This document shows, in pieces, positions 10,325 to 18,669 of a stretch of 32,000 bases of DNA (positions are counted from its first letter, which is position 1; every line of letters starts with the position of its first letter). The notes below the pieces were generated by a model. It searched no databases. It worked only from the letters and a program-made list of their open reading frames with translations, and was not told the origin of the DNA. The stretch is from Corynebacterium glutamicum ATCC 13032 (lineage in GTDB: Bacteria > Actinomycetota > Actinomycetes > Mycobacteriales > Mycobacteriaceae): assembly GCF_000011325.1 (NCBI RefSeq), contig NC_003450.3:720001-752000 (forward strand), read 5' to 3'. The translations under genes and the position numbers were made by a program.

Positions 10325-10492
10325 GTTTTGAAATCGTAGCGGTAGGCGGGGGTAACGTCCACAATATTTCCGCGGTGATTTACATCACTGAACAGGTTCG
10401 TGCTGCGTGCGGGTAGTTTTTAAAGGTAAAACTTTTTGGGCGTGTCGCCCTTAAAGCGCGCTTTTCGACGCGACCCCACTACATTGGCTTCC

Positions 10493-11302
10493 ATGAACGT
10501 TGACATTTCACGATCCAGAGAGCCGCTAAACGTTGAGCTCCTGAAGGAAAAATTGCTCCAAAACGGTGACTTTGGCCAGGTCATTTACGAAAAAGTGACA
10601 GGCTCCACTAATGCTGACTTGCTGGCACTTGCAGGTTCTGGCGCTCCAAACTGGACGGTGAAAACTGTCGAGTTTCAAGATCATGCGCGTGGGCGACTCG
10701 GCCGCCCGTGGTCTGCCCCTGAGGGTTCCCAAACAATCGTGTCTGTGCTCGTTCAACTATCTATTGATCAAGTGGACCGGATTGGCACTATTCCACTCGC
10801 GGCGGGACTCGCTGTCATGGATGCGTTGAATGACCTCGGTGTGGAAGGTGCCGGACTGAAATGGCCCAACGATGTTCAAATCCACGGCAAGAAACTCTGC
10901 GGCATCCTGGTGGAAGCCACCGGCTTTGATTCCACCCCAACAGTTGTCATCGGTTGGGGCACTAATATCAGCCTGACTAAAGAGGAGCTTCCTGTTCCTC
11001 ATGCAACTTCCCTCGCATTGGAAGGTGTTGAAGTCGACAGAACCACATTCCTTATTAATATGCTCACACATCTGCATACTCGACTGGACCAGTGGCAGGG
11101 TCCAAGTGTGGATTGGCTCGATGATTACCGTGCGGTATGTTCCAGTATTGGCCAAGATGTTCGAGTGCTTCTACCTGGGGATAAAGAACTCTTAGGTGAA
11201 GCGATCGGTGTCGCGACTGGCGGAGAAATTCGTGTTCGCGATGCTTCGGGCACCGTTCACACCCTCAACGCCGGTGAAATTACGCACCTTCGCCTGCAGT
11301 AA
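10493..11302 (+). CDS. birA: Biotin-[acetyl-CoA-carboxylase] ligase, class I (no N-terminal HTH)
   Basis: The motifs GRGRLGRPWSAP and KWPNDV are BirA motifs. I prefer ATG 10493 (269 aa, MNVDISRSREP...) over the track's TTG at 10436. The 19 extra residues look non-coding and overlap the divergent promoter region. Confidence 0.88.
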   Translation: MNVDISRSREPLNVELLKEKLLQNGDFGQVIYEKVTGSTNADLLALAGSGAPNWTVKTVEFQDHARGRLGRPWSAPEGSQTIVSVLVQLSIDQVDRIGTIPLAAGLAVMDALNDLGVEGAGLKWPNDVQIHGKKLCGILVEATGFDSTPTVVIGWGTNISLTKEELPVPHATSLALEGVEVDRTTFLINMLTHLHTRLDQWQGPSVDWLDDYRAVCSSIGQDVRVLLPGDKELLGEAIGVATGGEIRVRDASGTVHTLNAGEITHLRLQ

Positions 11303-11311
11303 GGTGACGGT

Positions 11312-11800
11312 ATGGGGAATTCACTTGAGAAACATATTGCAGAGGGAGACCGGATCCACGTCGATCTGACATCTCCTTTATCCGCAATGTTGTTCCCCAT
11401 TTTTGAACTCATTGTGATTACTGGAATCTGTTGGATGGGCATCGGCTTTTTGGATCAGCTTCCAGGAATCGATGGCACCAACCCCGCCGATAGCTTCCCC
11501 GAAGGCACCCGCAATCTTCTAGTGGGTGTGTGGGCAGTACTTGCTGCATGGCGTTTCGGTCTTCCTTTAATAAGGCAACGTCGACTCCGCGTGATCTTGA
11601 GCGACCGCAAACTGCTGGTCCGACGCGCGGGTCTGCGCACCGGGTTCGATTCCATTCCACTGAGCTACATTCAGCGAGTCCAACGTCGGCGAAACACCCT
11701 GGTCTTAGGTGTTGGTGGACACCACCGACCCTATGTAATCAACCAGGTTCCCAAGGCTCGAAAAGTGGAAGCGCTGCTCAAAGATCTTACATTTTGGTGA
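11312..11800 (+). CDS. Conserved membrane protein (two TM segments plus a basic C-terminal domain)
   Basis: 162-aa ORF starting 10 nt after birA. Its position between birA and purK is conserved in mycobacteria, from memory. Confidence 0.75.
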   Translation: MGNSLEKHIAEGDRIHVDLTSPLSAMLFPIFELIVITGICWMGIGFLDQLPGIDGTNPADSFPEGTRNLLVGVWAVLAAWRFGLPLIRQRRLRVILSDRKLLVRRAGLRTGFDSIPLSYIQRVQRRRNTLVLGVGGHHRPYVINQVPKARKVEALLKDLTFW

Positions 11801-11820
11801 AGGCGTTATAGTTAGGACTT

Positions 11821-13020
11821 GTGACTTCTACAGGAAACCAAGCCCACGCTCCAGGAATGCCCATCGTCGCAGTAATTGGTGACGGCCAATTAGCCCGCAT
11901 GATGCAGACCTCCGCCATCGAACTCGGACAATCACTGCGAGTTCTAGCTGGAGCGCCGGATTCCTCCGCAGCTCAAGTAGCTGCTGATGTTGTTCTCGGC
12001 GATTACACCAACATTGATGATCTGCGCGTCGCCATCGAAGGCGCCGATGTGATGACCTTCGACCACGAGCACGTCCCCAACGAACACCTGCACCAACTCA
12101 TCGCAGAAGGCGTCAACGTTCAGCCACGCCCAGAAGCGCTGGTCAACGCACAAGACAAACTTGTCATGCGCAAGCGTCTACGTGAACTCGGCGCACCAGT
12201 CCCACCATTTGCTGCCATTGAATCAGTCGAAGATGCAGTGGGATTCTTCGAAGCAGTTGATGGCCAAGTTTGCCTCAAAGCACGCCGTGGCGGATACGAC
12301 GGCAAGGGCGTATGGTTCCCAGCCGATGTAGCAGAGCTTCAGTCGCTTGTGGCAGAGCTTCTCGACGGCGGCACCCCACTCATGGCAGAAAAGAAAGTTG
12401 CCCTCAACAGGGAACTGTCCGCCATGGTTGCCCGCACCCCAAGTGGAGAAACCAAAGCGTGGCCAGTCGTAGAATCAGTGCAGAAGAACGGTGTGTGTGC
12501 AGAAGCAATCGCTCCCGCACCTGAACTATCCGCAGAACTGCAGGAATCCACCAGAGGATTGGCCCAGAAGATCGCCACGGAACTCGGCGTCACTGGTGTC
12601 TTGGCAGTGGAGCTTTTTGAAACCCTCGACCAAAACGGCCAGCCAGAGATCTTTGTCAACGAGCTCGCCATGCGTCCACACAACACCGGCCACTGGACTC
12701 AAGATGGCTGCGTGACCAGCCAATTCGAGCAGCACCTCCGCGCAGTCCTCGACTACCCACTGGGTGCTACCGACACTTTGGCTGATTACACCGTGATGGC
12801 CAACGTGCTCGGTGCCGACACCGACCCAGAGATGCCCATGGCAACCCGCATGGTGGAAGTGGGGCGCAAGTACCCAGATGCCAAGATTCACCTCTACGGC
12901 AAGGGACATCGCCCGGGACGAAAGATTGGCCACGTCAACATGGTGGGATCCGACCTTGAAAAGACCCGAGCCGAAGCCCTGGCCTGCGCATACTTCCTTG
13001 TCAACGCTCGCTGGGATTAG
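11821..13020 (+). CDS. purK: N5-carboxyaminoimidazole ribonucleotide synthase
   Basis: 399-aa ATP-grasp protein with a GTG start. Motifs seen are GGYDGKGVW and NELAMRPHNTGHWT. Confidence 0.92.
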   Translation: MTSTGNQAHAPGMPIVAVIGDGQLARMMQTSAIELGQSLRVLAGAPDSSAAQVAADVVLGDYTNIDDLRVAIEGADVMTFDHEHVPNEHLHQLIAEGVNVQPRPEALVNAQDKLVMRKRLRELGAPVPPFAAIESVEDAVGFFEAVDGQVCLKARRGGYDGKGVWFPADVAELQSLVAELLDGGTPLMAEKKVALNRELSAMVARTPSGETKAWPVVESVQKNGVCAEAIAPAPELSAELQESTRGLAQKIATELGVTGVLAVELFETLDQNGQPEIFVNELAMRPHNTGHWTQDGCVTSQFEQHLRAVLDYPLGATDTLADYTVMANVLGADTDPEMPMATRMVEVGRKYPDAKIHLYGKGHRPGRKIGHVNMVGSDLEKTRAEALACAYFLVNARWD

Positions 13021-13059
13021 GTCTTTTCTGAGCGCTAGCATTTCTCCACTCAAAGGAGC

Positions 13060-14946
13060 ATGCTTAACCGCATGAAAAGTGCGCGGCCAAAATCAGTCGC
13101 TCCAAAATCCGGACAAGCTTTACTCACTCTCGGTGCCCTAGGTGTTGTGTTCGGCGACATCGGCACCAGCCCCCTGTACTCACTTCACACTGCATTCAGC
13201 ATGCAGCACAACAAAGTCGAAGTCACTCAGGAAAATGTGTACGGCATCATCTCCATGGTGTTGTGGACCATCACTTTGATCGTCACCGTCAAATACGTCA
13301 TGCTGGTCACCCGAGCTGACAACCAAGGACAAGGTGGCATCCTGGCGCTCGTTGCTTTGCTGAAAAACCGTGGGCACTGGGGAAAATTCGTGGCAGTAGC
13401 CGGCATGTTGGGCGCCGCATTGTTTTATGGCGATGTGGTGATCACCCCGGCGATCTCTGTTCTCAGCGCAACAGAAGGCTTGACGGTTATCTCCCCAAGC
13501 TTTGAGCGCTTCATTCTGCCCGTATCTCTCGCAGTTCTGATCGCTATTTTTGCAATCCAACCGCTCGGTACAGAAAAAGTCGGCAAAGCCTTCGGCCCCA
13601 TCATGTTGCTGTGGTTTGTCACCCTTGCAGGATTGGGAATTCCGCAAATCATCGGGCACCCAGAAATCTTGCAGAGCTTGTCTCCACATTGGGCCCTGCG
13701 CTTGATTGTGGCTGAGCCTTTCCAAGCATTTGTGCTGCTTGGTGCCGTTGTCCTGACAGTAACGGGTGCGGAAGCGCTCTACGCTGATATGGGCCATTTT
13801 GGGGCGAGGCCAATCAGAGTGGCGTGGTTTTGCGTCGTCATGCCTGCTTTAATCTTGACGTATTTGGGGCAGGGCGCCTTGGTGATCAACCAGCCTGAAG
13901 CGGTGCGCAACCCCATGTTTTATCTCGCGCCGGAAGGTCTGCGGATTCCGTTGGTTATTTTGGCGACCATCGCTACGGTGATCGCATCGCAGGCCGTGAT
14001 TTCTGGTGCGTATTCATTGACCAAGCAGGCCGTGAATTTGAAACTGCTGCCACGCATGGTGATCCGGCATACCTCCCGCAAAGAGGAAGGCCAGATCTAT
14101 ATGCCACTGGTTAATGGATTGCTGTTTGTATCCGTGATGGTTGTGGTGCTGGTATTCCGATCCTCTGAAAGCCTCGCCAGCGCGTACGGACTTGCAGTGA
14201 CCGGAACCTTGGTGCTGGTCAGCGTCCTGTATCTGATCTATGTTCACACCACATGGTGGAAAACAGCGCTGTTCATTGTGCTCATCGGTATTCCAGAAGT
14301 ACTTCTATTCGCCTCGAACACCACGAAAATTCACGACGGTGGCTGGCTTCCACTACTTATTGCGGCCGTGCTCATCGTGGTGATGCGGACCTGGGAGTGG
14401 GGAAGTGACCGCGTCAATCAGGAACGCGCAGAGCTGGAACTTCCCATGGATAAGTTCTTGGAGAAACTCGATCAGCCACACAATATTGGTCTGCGTAAAG
14501 TTGCCGAAGTGGCAGTATTTCCACATGGCACCAGCGATACTGTCCCGTTGTCATTGGTTCGCTGCGTGAAAGACCTCAAGCTTTTATACCGAGAGATCGT
14601 GATCGTTCGAATCGTCCAAGAACACGTTCCGCACGTGCCACCAGAGGAACGCGCGGAAATGGAAGTGCTCCATCACGCCCCGATCAGAGTCGTGCGAGTT
14701 GATCTGCACCTTGGTTATTTTGATGAGCAGAACCTGCCTGAGCATCTCCATGCCATTGACCCAACATGGGATAACGCCACCTACTTCCTGTCTGCCCTGA
14801 CTCTTCGGAGCAGGTTGCCTGGAAAGATTGCTGGCTGGCGTGATCGTTTGTATCTTTCGATGGAACGTAATCAGGCATCTCGAACTGAGTCTTTCAAATT
14901 GCAACCAAGCAAAACCATCACGGTTGGAACAGAGCTGCACCTTTAA
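13060..14946 (+). CDS. kup: KUP/HAK/KT family potassium transporter
   Basis: 628-aa polytopic protein with GDIGTSPLY and GAEALYADMGHFG signature motifs. The start could be 13060 or 13072; the AGGAG spacing is poor for both. Confidence 0.92.
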   Translation: MLNRMKSARPKSVAPKSGQALLTLGALGVVFGDIGTSPLYSLHTAFSMQHNKVEVTQENVYGIISMVLWTITLIVTVKYVMLVTRADNQGQGGILALVALLKNRGHWGKFVAVAGMLGAALFYGDVVITPAISVLSATEGLTVISPSFERFILPVSLAVLIAIFAIQPLGTEKVGKAFGPIMLLWFVTLAGLGIPQIIGHPEILQSLSPHWALRLIVAEPFQAFVLLGAVVLTVTGAEALYADMGHFGARPIRVAWFCVVMPALILTYLGQGALVINQPEAVRNPMFYLAPEGLRIPLVILATIATVIASQAVISGAYSLTKQAVNLKLLPRMVIRHTSRKEEGQIYMPLVNGLLFVSVMVVVLVFRSSESLASAYGLAVTGTLVLVSVLYLIYVHTTWWKTALFIVLIGIPEVLLFASNTTKIHDGGWLPLLIAAVLIVVMRTWEWGSDRVNQERAELELPMDKFLEKLDQPHNIGLRKVAEVAVFPHGTSDTVPLSLVRCVKDLKLLYREIVIVRIVQEHVPHVPPEERAEMEVLHHAPIRVVRVDLHLGYFDEQNLPEHLHAIDPTWDNATYFLSALTLRSRLPGKIAGWRDRLYLSMERNQASRTESFKLQPSKTITVGTELHL

Positions 14947-14983
14947 TCAGGCAGTTGCTGGCCAACTGAGTTAGCCTAAAACG

Positions 14984-15343
14984 ATGAAGAAAAATCCTTT
15001 GGTTGAATGGGTCTGGGTTATGGATGAACTCGGGGTTGGCTGGTGCCAATGCGAGAAAGATTCCATCACCGGAAAAGCACCACATCCCGTGAACAAGCCA
15101 CTGGTCACCAAATCCATTATCAGGGCTCTAGGCGATGTCCCCGATGTCATGAGCAACCAGGACATCAGCCTTGTGGTGGTGGATTTGTGGAAATTCGATA
15201 CCATTACTCCTCCAATCGCAGAATCCCTCATGCGTTCCGTCAAAGCTGTTAACGGTGAGATGCACCCGCAGTATCCCACCGCGACAGCAATGGCTGCGAT
15301 CAAGCATTTCTCCAACACTTTTGATGGACAGATTAACGCTTAA
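14984..15343 (+). CDS. Hypothetical protein (orphan, no recognisable family)
   Basis: 119-aa ORF with a plausible soluble-protein composition. The overlapping antisense ORF 14971..15318 looks less protein-like. No clear SD was seen. Confidence 0.5.
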   Translation: MKKNPLVEWVWVMDELGVGWCQCEKDSITGKAPHPVNKPLVTKSIIRALGDVPDVMSNQDISLVVVDLWKFDTITPPIAESLMRSVKAVNGEMHPQYPTATAMAAIKHFSNTFDGQINA

Positions 15344-15401
15344 AAGGCCTGTTATAGACTGATAAACCGATACGTAACTTTCGCGCTTAAGGAGAATTTC
15401 A

Positions 15402-15899
15402 GTGGGTCCTCTAGTTGGTTTGATCATGGGTTCGGATTCGGATTGGGACACTGTAGCGCCAGCTGCAGAGGTACTCGCTGAGTTTGGCATTCCTTTTGAA
15501 GTCGGAGTTGTCTCTGCACACCGCACCCCAGAGAAGATGCTCAACTACGCAAAGACTGCACATGAGCGCGGCATCAAGACGATCATCGCGTGTGCTGGCG
15601 GCGCTGCACACCTGCCAGGCATGGTGGCTGCAGCAACTCCACTTCCAGTCATCGGTGTTCCACGCGCATTGAAGGATCTCGACGGTTTGGATTCCTTGCT
15701 GTCCATCGTCCAGATGCCAGGCGGCGTTCCAGTCGCCACTGTCTCCATCGGTGGCGCGAAGAATGCAGGCCTACTTGCCGTTCGTATTCTCGGTGCTGGT
15801 GATCCTTCTTTGGTCACGAAGATGGCCGATTACCAAGAGAATATGGCGAAGGAAGTTGAAGCCAAGGACGAAGCACTGAAGAAGCGCTTGCTCGGCTAA
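15402..15899 (+). CDS. purE: N5-CAIR mutase
   Basis: 165-aa ORF. A GTG start is preceded by AAGGAG. Motifs seen are MGSDSDW, SAHRTP and GGAAHLPGM. Confidence 0.93.
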   Translation: MGPLVGLIMGSDSDWDTVAPAAEVLAEFGIPFEVGVVSAHRTPEKMLNYAKTAHERGIKTIIACAGGAAHLPGMVAAATPLPVIGVPRALKDLDGLDSLLSIVQMPGGVPVATVSIGGAKNAGLLAVRILGAGDPSLVTKMADYQENMAKEVEAKDEALKKRLLG

Positions 15900-16354
15900 T
15901 GAATCCGATCGTGGTGCTGGGATCCAAAGTTGTTGATGGTCAAGTCACTGGCCTTTTGGCCTCAAGGCTGGAAAAGGCCATTGAGGTCTCATCTTTGACC
16001 CCAGAAGCACCCGTTGTGGTCAGCGGTTTCGGTGAAGCCGCCGCCATGGCAGATTATTTACGCGCCCGTGGAGTGACCACCATTGTGGAAGAACCATGGG
16101 CCACCAGCACCAATGAGAATTTAGAAAACGCCCACGCATTATTTCCGGACACACTACAGTGGACTGTTGTGACCAGTGGCTTTCATGCCTGGCGCACCTA
16201 TTTATGGGCTTGGCATTTAGGGATTCCCATCAAGGTGGTCACTGCTCGTACACCTTCAGCTGAGCGCCTAGGGATGGCGATGAGAGAGTGTTTTGCACTG
16301 CCGCATTCAACACTTCGAGTGCTGTGGCGAAAAATCCGAACTCCAAAGAACTAG
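15899..16354 (+). CDS. DUF218 / YdcF-ElyC-like protein
   Basis: 151-aa ORF whose start overlaps the purE stop (TAATG). The pattern GFGEAAAMADYL...STNENLENA...VTSGFHAWR fits DUF218. Confidence 0.8.
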   Translation: MNPIVVLGSKVVDGQVTGLLASRLEKAIEVSSLTPEAPVVVSGFGEAAAMADYLRARGVTTIVEEPWATSTNENLENAHALFPDTLQWTVVTSGFHAWRTYLWAWHLGIPIKVVTARTPSAERLGMAMRECFALPHSTLRVLWRKIRTPKN

Positions 16355-16412
16355 CCTAAGAACTAGCCCCATGAGCTATCCCTCAAAAAATTACTGATAG
16401 TGAGGTTTTCGC

Positions 16413-17207
16413 ATGTCAACTGCATATTTTATTGCGCACGGAAACGATACGTACCGCCCAACGGAGCATTCCAGCGGTGTGTGGCGCGATGATGAACTCC
16501 ACCTTGCACCGGTTGCCGGTTTGGTGATTCACCATATGGAACGTTGGCGCAGGGAAGTGGTTGGCGATGCTTTGGTGTTCAGCCGTTTTAGTTTGGAGGT
16601 CTTGGGCCAGATCGCTCGGGATGATGTCACCTTGAGAACAGAGATCGTTCGTCCCGGGCGCACCATTGAACTTATTGAAACCGTGGCTGAAATCAACGGC
16701 AGAGTGACGATTCGTGCACGCGCCTGGTTGCTGAAGACCTCTGATCTTGCCCATATTTCTGGCGATACTTTTGAAGCGTTGCCGTCAATGACTGAACTGG
16801 CAGATGTTAAGTCAGCGTTCCAGTGGTCTGGTGGATTTATGGACAGCATTGTGTTTGTTGAGGACGCTGAGAAAATTCCGGGCAAAAACCGCGCGTGGAT
16901 TACCGGCGATGTGCAGTTGGTTGACGGCGAAGATTCTGAGCCTTTGGCAGAGTTTTCCAAATTCTTGGATGTGGCCAATGGCGTGGCGGTTCGGGAAGAT
17001 CCAAAGACTTGGATGTTCCCGAACGTGGATCTTACTTTCCATCTGTTCCGCCAGCCGGTGGGCACCAAGGTGGGTTTTGATACCCGCGCGGCGTTTGGAC
17101 CCAACGGCATCGGTTTGACCACGTCGGTGATTCACGATGCCGAAGGTCCTGTGGGCACGCTTAATCAATCATTGACAGTGCGCCCAATTGCTGAGTTAAA
17201 CAAGTGA
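16413..17207 (+). CDS. Thioesterase-like protein (double hot-dog, acyl-CoA thioesterase family, tentative)
   Basis: 264-aa ORF. Its length and pattern resemble TesB-like 4HBT_3 proteins. The family call is from memory and of moderate confidence. The last four codons lie in the 17-bp repeat array. Confidence 0.7.
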   Translation: MSTAYFIAHGNDTYRPTEHSSGVWRDDELHLAPVAGLVIHHMERWRREVVGDALVFSRFSLEVLGQIARDDVTLRTEIVRPGRTIELIETVAEINGRVTIRARAWLLKTSDLAHISGDTFEALPSMTELADVKSAFQWSGGFMDSIVFVEDAEKIPGKNRAWITGDVQLVDGEDSEPLAEFSKFLDVANGVAVREDPKTWMFPNVDLTFHLFRQPVGTKVGFDTRAAFGPNGIGLTTSVIHDAEGPVGTLNQSLTVRPIAELNK

Positions 17208-17263
17208 CCTAGTTAAACAAGTGACCGGGCTGAATAAGCAACCTGGTTAAACAAGTGACCGCG
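17196..17263. repeat. 17-bp tandem repeat, 4 units (core TTAAACAAGTGACC; unit 3 degenerate)
   Basis: Units start at 17196, 17213, 17230 and 17247. Three cores are identical 14-mers. Unit 3 is CTGAATAAGCAACC. Confidence 0.88.
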
Positions 17264-18529
17264 CAGCGTGGTGTGACTGTATTCTGTGCGGAATCGGCCA
17301 CGTCGCTGCAGTTCAGGGACTACTAAGTCAACAAAGTCGTCCAAACTGTGGGGGAGCATCGGTGGCATGAGGTTGAAGCCATCGGCACCGCCCTCGTCGA
17401 TCCAGCGCTCGATTTCATCAGCGATGCTTTCCGGAGTGCCGATAAATGTGGCGTGCCCACCGCCTGCTGCGAGGTAGCCCAAAAGTTCGCGGACGGTTGG
17501 TGATTTAGATTCGATGATCCGCAGGACCGTTTCGTACCTGCCTTTAGGACCGGAAAACTCTTCTAGCGGTGGCAGTGGTGGGGGAGGTGCATCCAAATCC
17601 CACGTCGAGCAATCTTGACCCACAAAGAAACTCAACTGATTTAGTGAGTCTTTGACCGGCAGCAACGCATTAAGAGCCTGCTGTTTTGCACGCGCTTCTT
17701 CCACGGTCGTGCCAACAAAAGTCACCAAACCAGGAAGCACCGGCATGGGCTCGCGACCCTGGGCAGTGGCACGAGCATGAATATCAGAGCGATAATCTTG
17801 CGCTTGCTCCAAATCCCACGCCACAGAGTAAATTGCCTCGGCGTATTTCGCAGCGATTTCCCGTCCTTGCGGTGAGGATCCAGCCTGAAAAAGTACGGGT
17901 CGACCCTGCGGAGGACTGGGGATATTCAGCGGACCAGCGACTTGGAAGAACTCACCATCATGATCGATAGATTTAATGAGCGAGGAGTCCGCAAATTTTC
18001 CAGCACGATCCATCACCAAACTTTCCGCAGGCCAAGAATCCCACAGCGCAGTGATGGTTTCAATAAATTCCGCAGCGCGCGCATAGCGAACATCGTGACC
18101 CGGCAACGCATCCATCCCGTGGTTACGCGCCTCCGCATCGGTCATCGATGTCACCACATTGATTCCAGCACGCCCACCCGAAATATGATCCAAGCTGGCG
18201 ATCATCCGCGCCGCATGAAACGGCTGCCAAAACGTACTGGAAATTGTGCTGATCAACCCAATATTGTTCGTCGCCCGCGCCATCGCAGTCAACGCGGTCA
18301 CCGGCTCCAAAAACCAGCCCGGCCCATTCTCCAGACCGACCGGATTAATCGCCTGCCCATCGGCCAAAAAGACCGCATCCAGCTTGCCCCGCTCAGCGGT
18401 GCGCGCGAGTTCCTCCCACCAGGAAATTAAACCCAGCTTTTCGACGCTTCCCTCCACCGCTCGCCACGCCGCCGCGTGGTGCCCGGCACCGAAAGCAAAA
18501 AGGTTGAGGTGTATTTCTTTCGGTGTCAT
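17213..18529 (-). CDS. ntaA: FMN-dependent LLM-class monooxygenase, NtaA/SnaA/DszA family
   Basis: 438 aa counted from ATG 18529 (MTPKEIHLNLFAFGAGHH...). The track's longer version (to 18622) reads into the IS end. The symbol is recalled from the C. glutamicum annotation; the true substrate is unknown. Confidence 0.88.
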   Translation of the reverse strand: MTPKEIHLNLFAFGAGHHAAAWRAVEGSVEKLGLISWWEELARTAERGKLDAVFLADGQAINPVGLENGPGWFLEPVTALTAMARATNNIGLISTISSTFWQPFHAARMIASLDHISGGRAGINVVTSMTDAEARNHGMDALPGHDVRYARAAEFIETITALWDSWPAESLVMDRAGKFADSSLIKSIDHDGEFFQVAGPLNIPSPPQGRPVLFQAGSSPQGREIAAKYAEAIYSVAWDLEQAQDYRSDIHARATAQGREPMPVLPGLVTFVGTTVEEARAKQQALNALLPVKDSLNQLSFFVGQDCSTWDLDAPPPPLPPLEEFSGPKGRYETVLRIIESKSPTVRELLGYLAAGGGHATFIGTPESIADEIERWIDEGGADGFNLMPPMLPHSLDDFVDLVVPELQRRGRFRTEYSHTTLRGHLFNQVAYSARSLV

Positions 18530-18531
18530 TA

Positions 18532-18545
18532 GTTGAAAACCAGTC
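18532..18545. repeat. Target-site duplication, left copy (GTTGAAAACCAGTC)
   Basis: Identical 14-mer at 20264-20277, directly abutting the TGT...ACA ends of the IS. Confidence 0.85.
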
Positions 18546-18669
18546 TGTAAAGTGTCAGCACGTTGTGCACACCCAATGTCATATCCTTGTGCACGCCCTA
18601 TCCCACTAGGTTGTGCACACACAAAGCCACAGCAGTGTGCACACCAACCCAGCCCCTCGGGACAAGTTT

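Noticed and set aside
10386-10402. Possible operator dyad CACTGAACAGGTTCGTG in the accD1/birA divergent region (thought of FasR-type control)
   Set aside because: The symmetry is poor: about 10 of 16 positions match, or a gapped CAC-GAAC half-site. I cannot recall the published operator sequence well enough to match it.
10436-10492. TTG-initiated 19-codon N-terminal extension of birA
   Set aside because: The extension (MGVSPLKRAFRRDPTTLAS) lies in the divergent promoter region and adds no domain. ATG 10493 gives the class I BirA start I recognise.
12526-13053. 175-aa minus-strand ORF
   Set aside because: It is antisense to purK and has no features of a real protein.
17213-18622. The track's 469-aa version of the monooxygenase
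   Set aside because: The extra 31 N-terminal codons run through the target duplication into the IS left end (18546 onward). ATG 18529 gives the conserved MTPKEIHLNLF start and reconstructs the TAATG overlap with the SDR.
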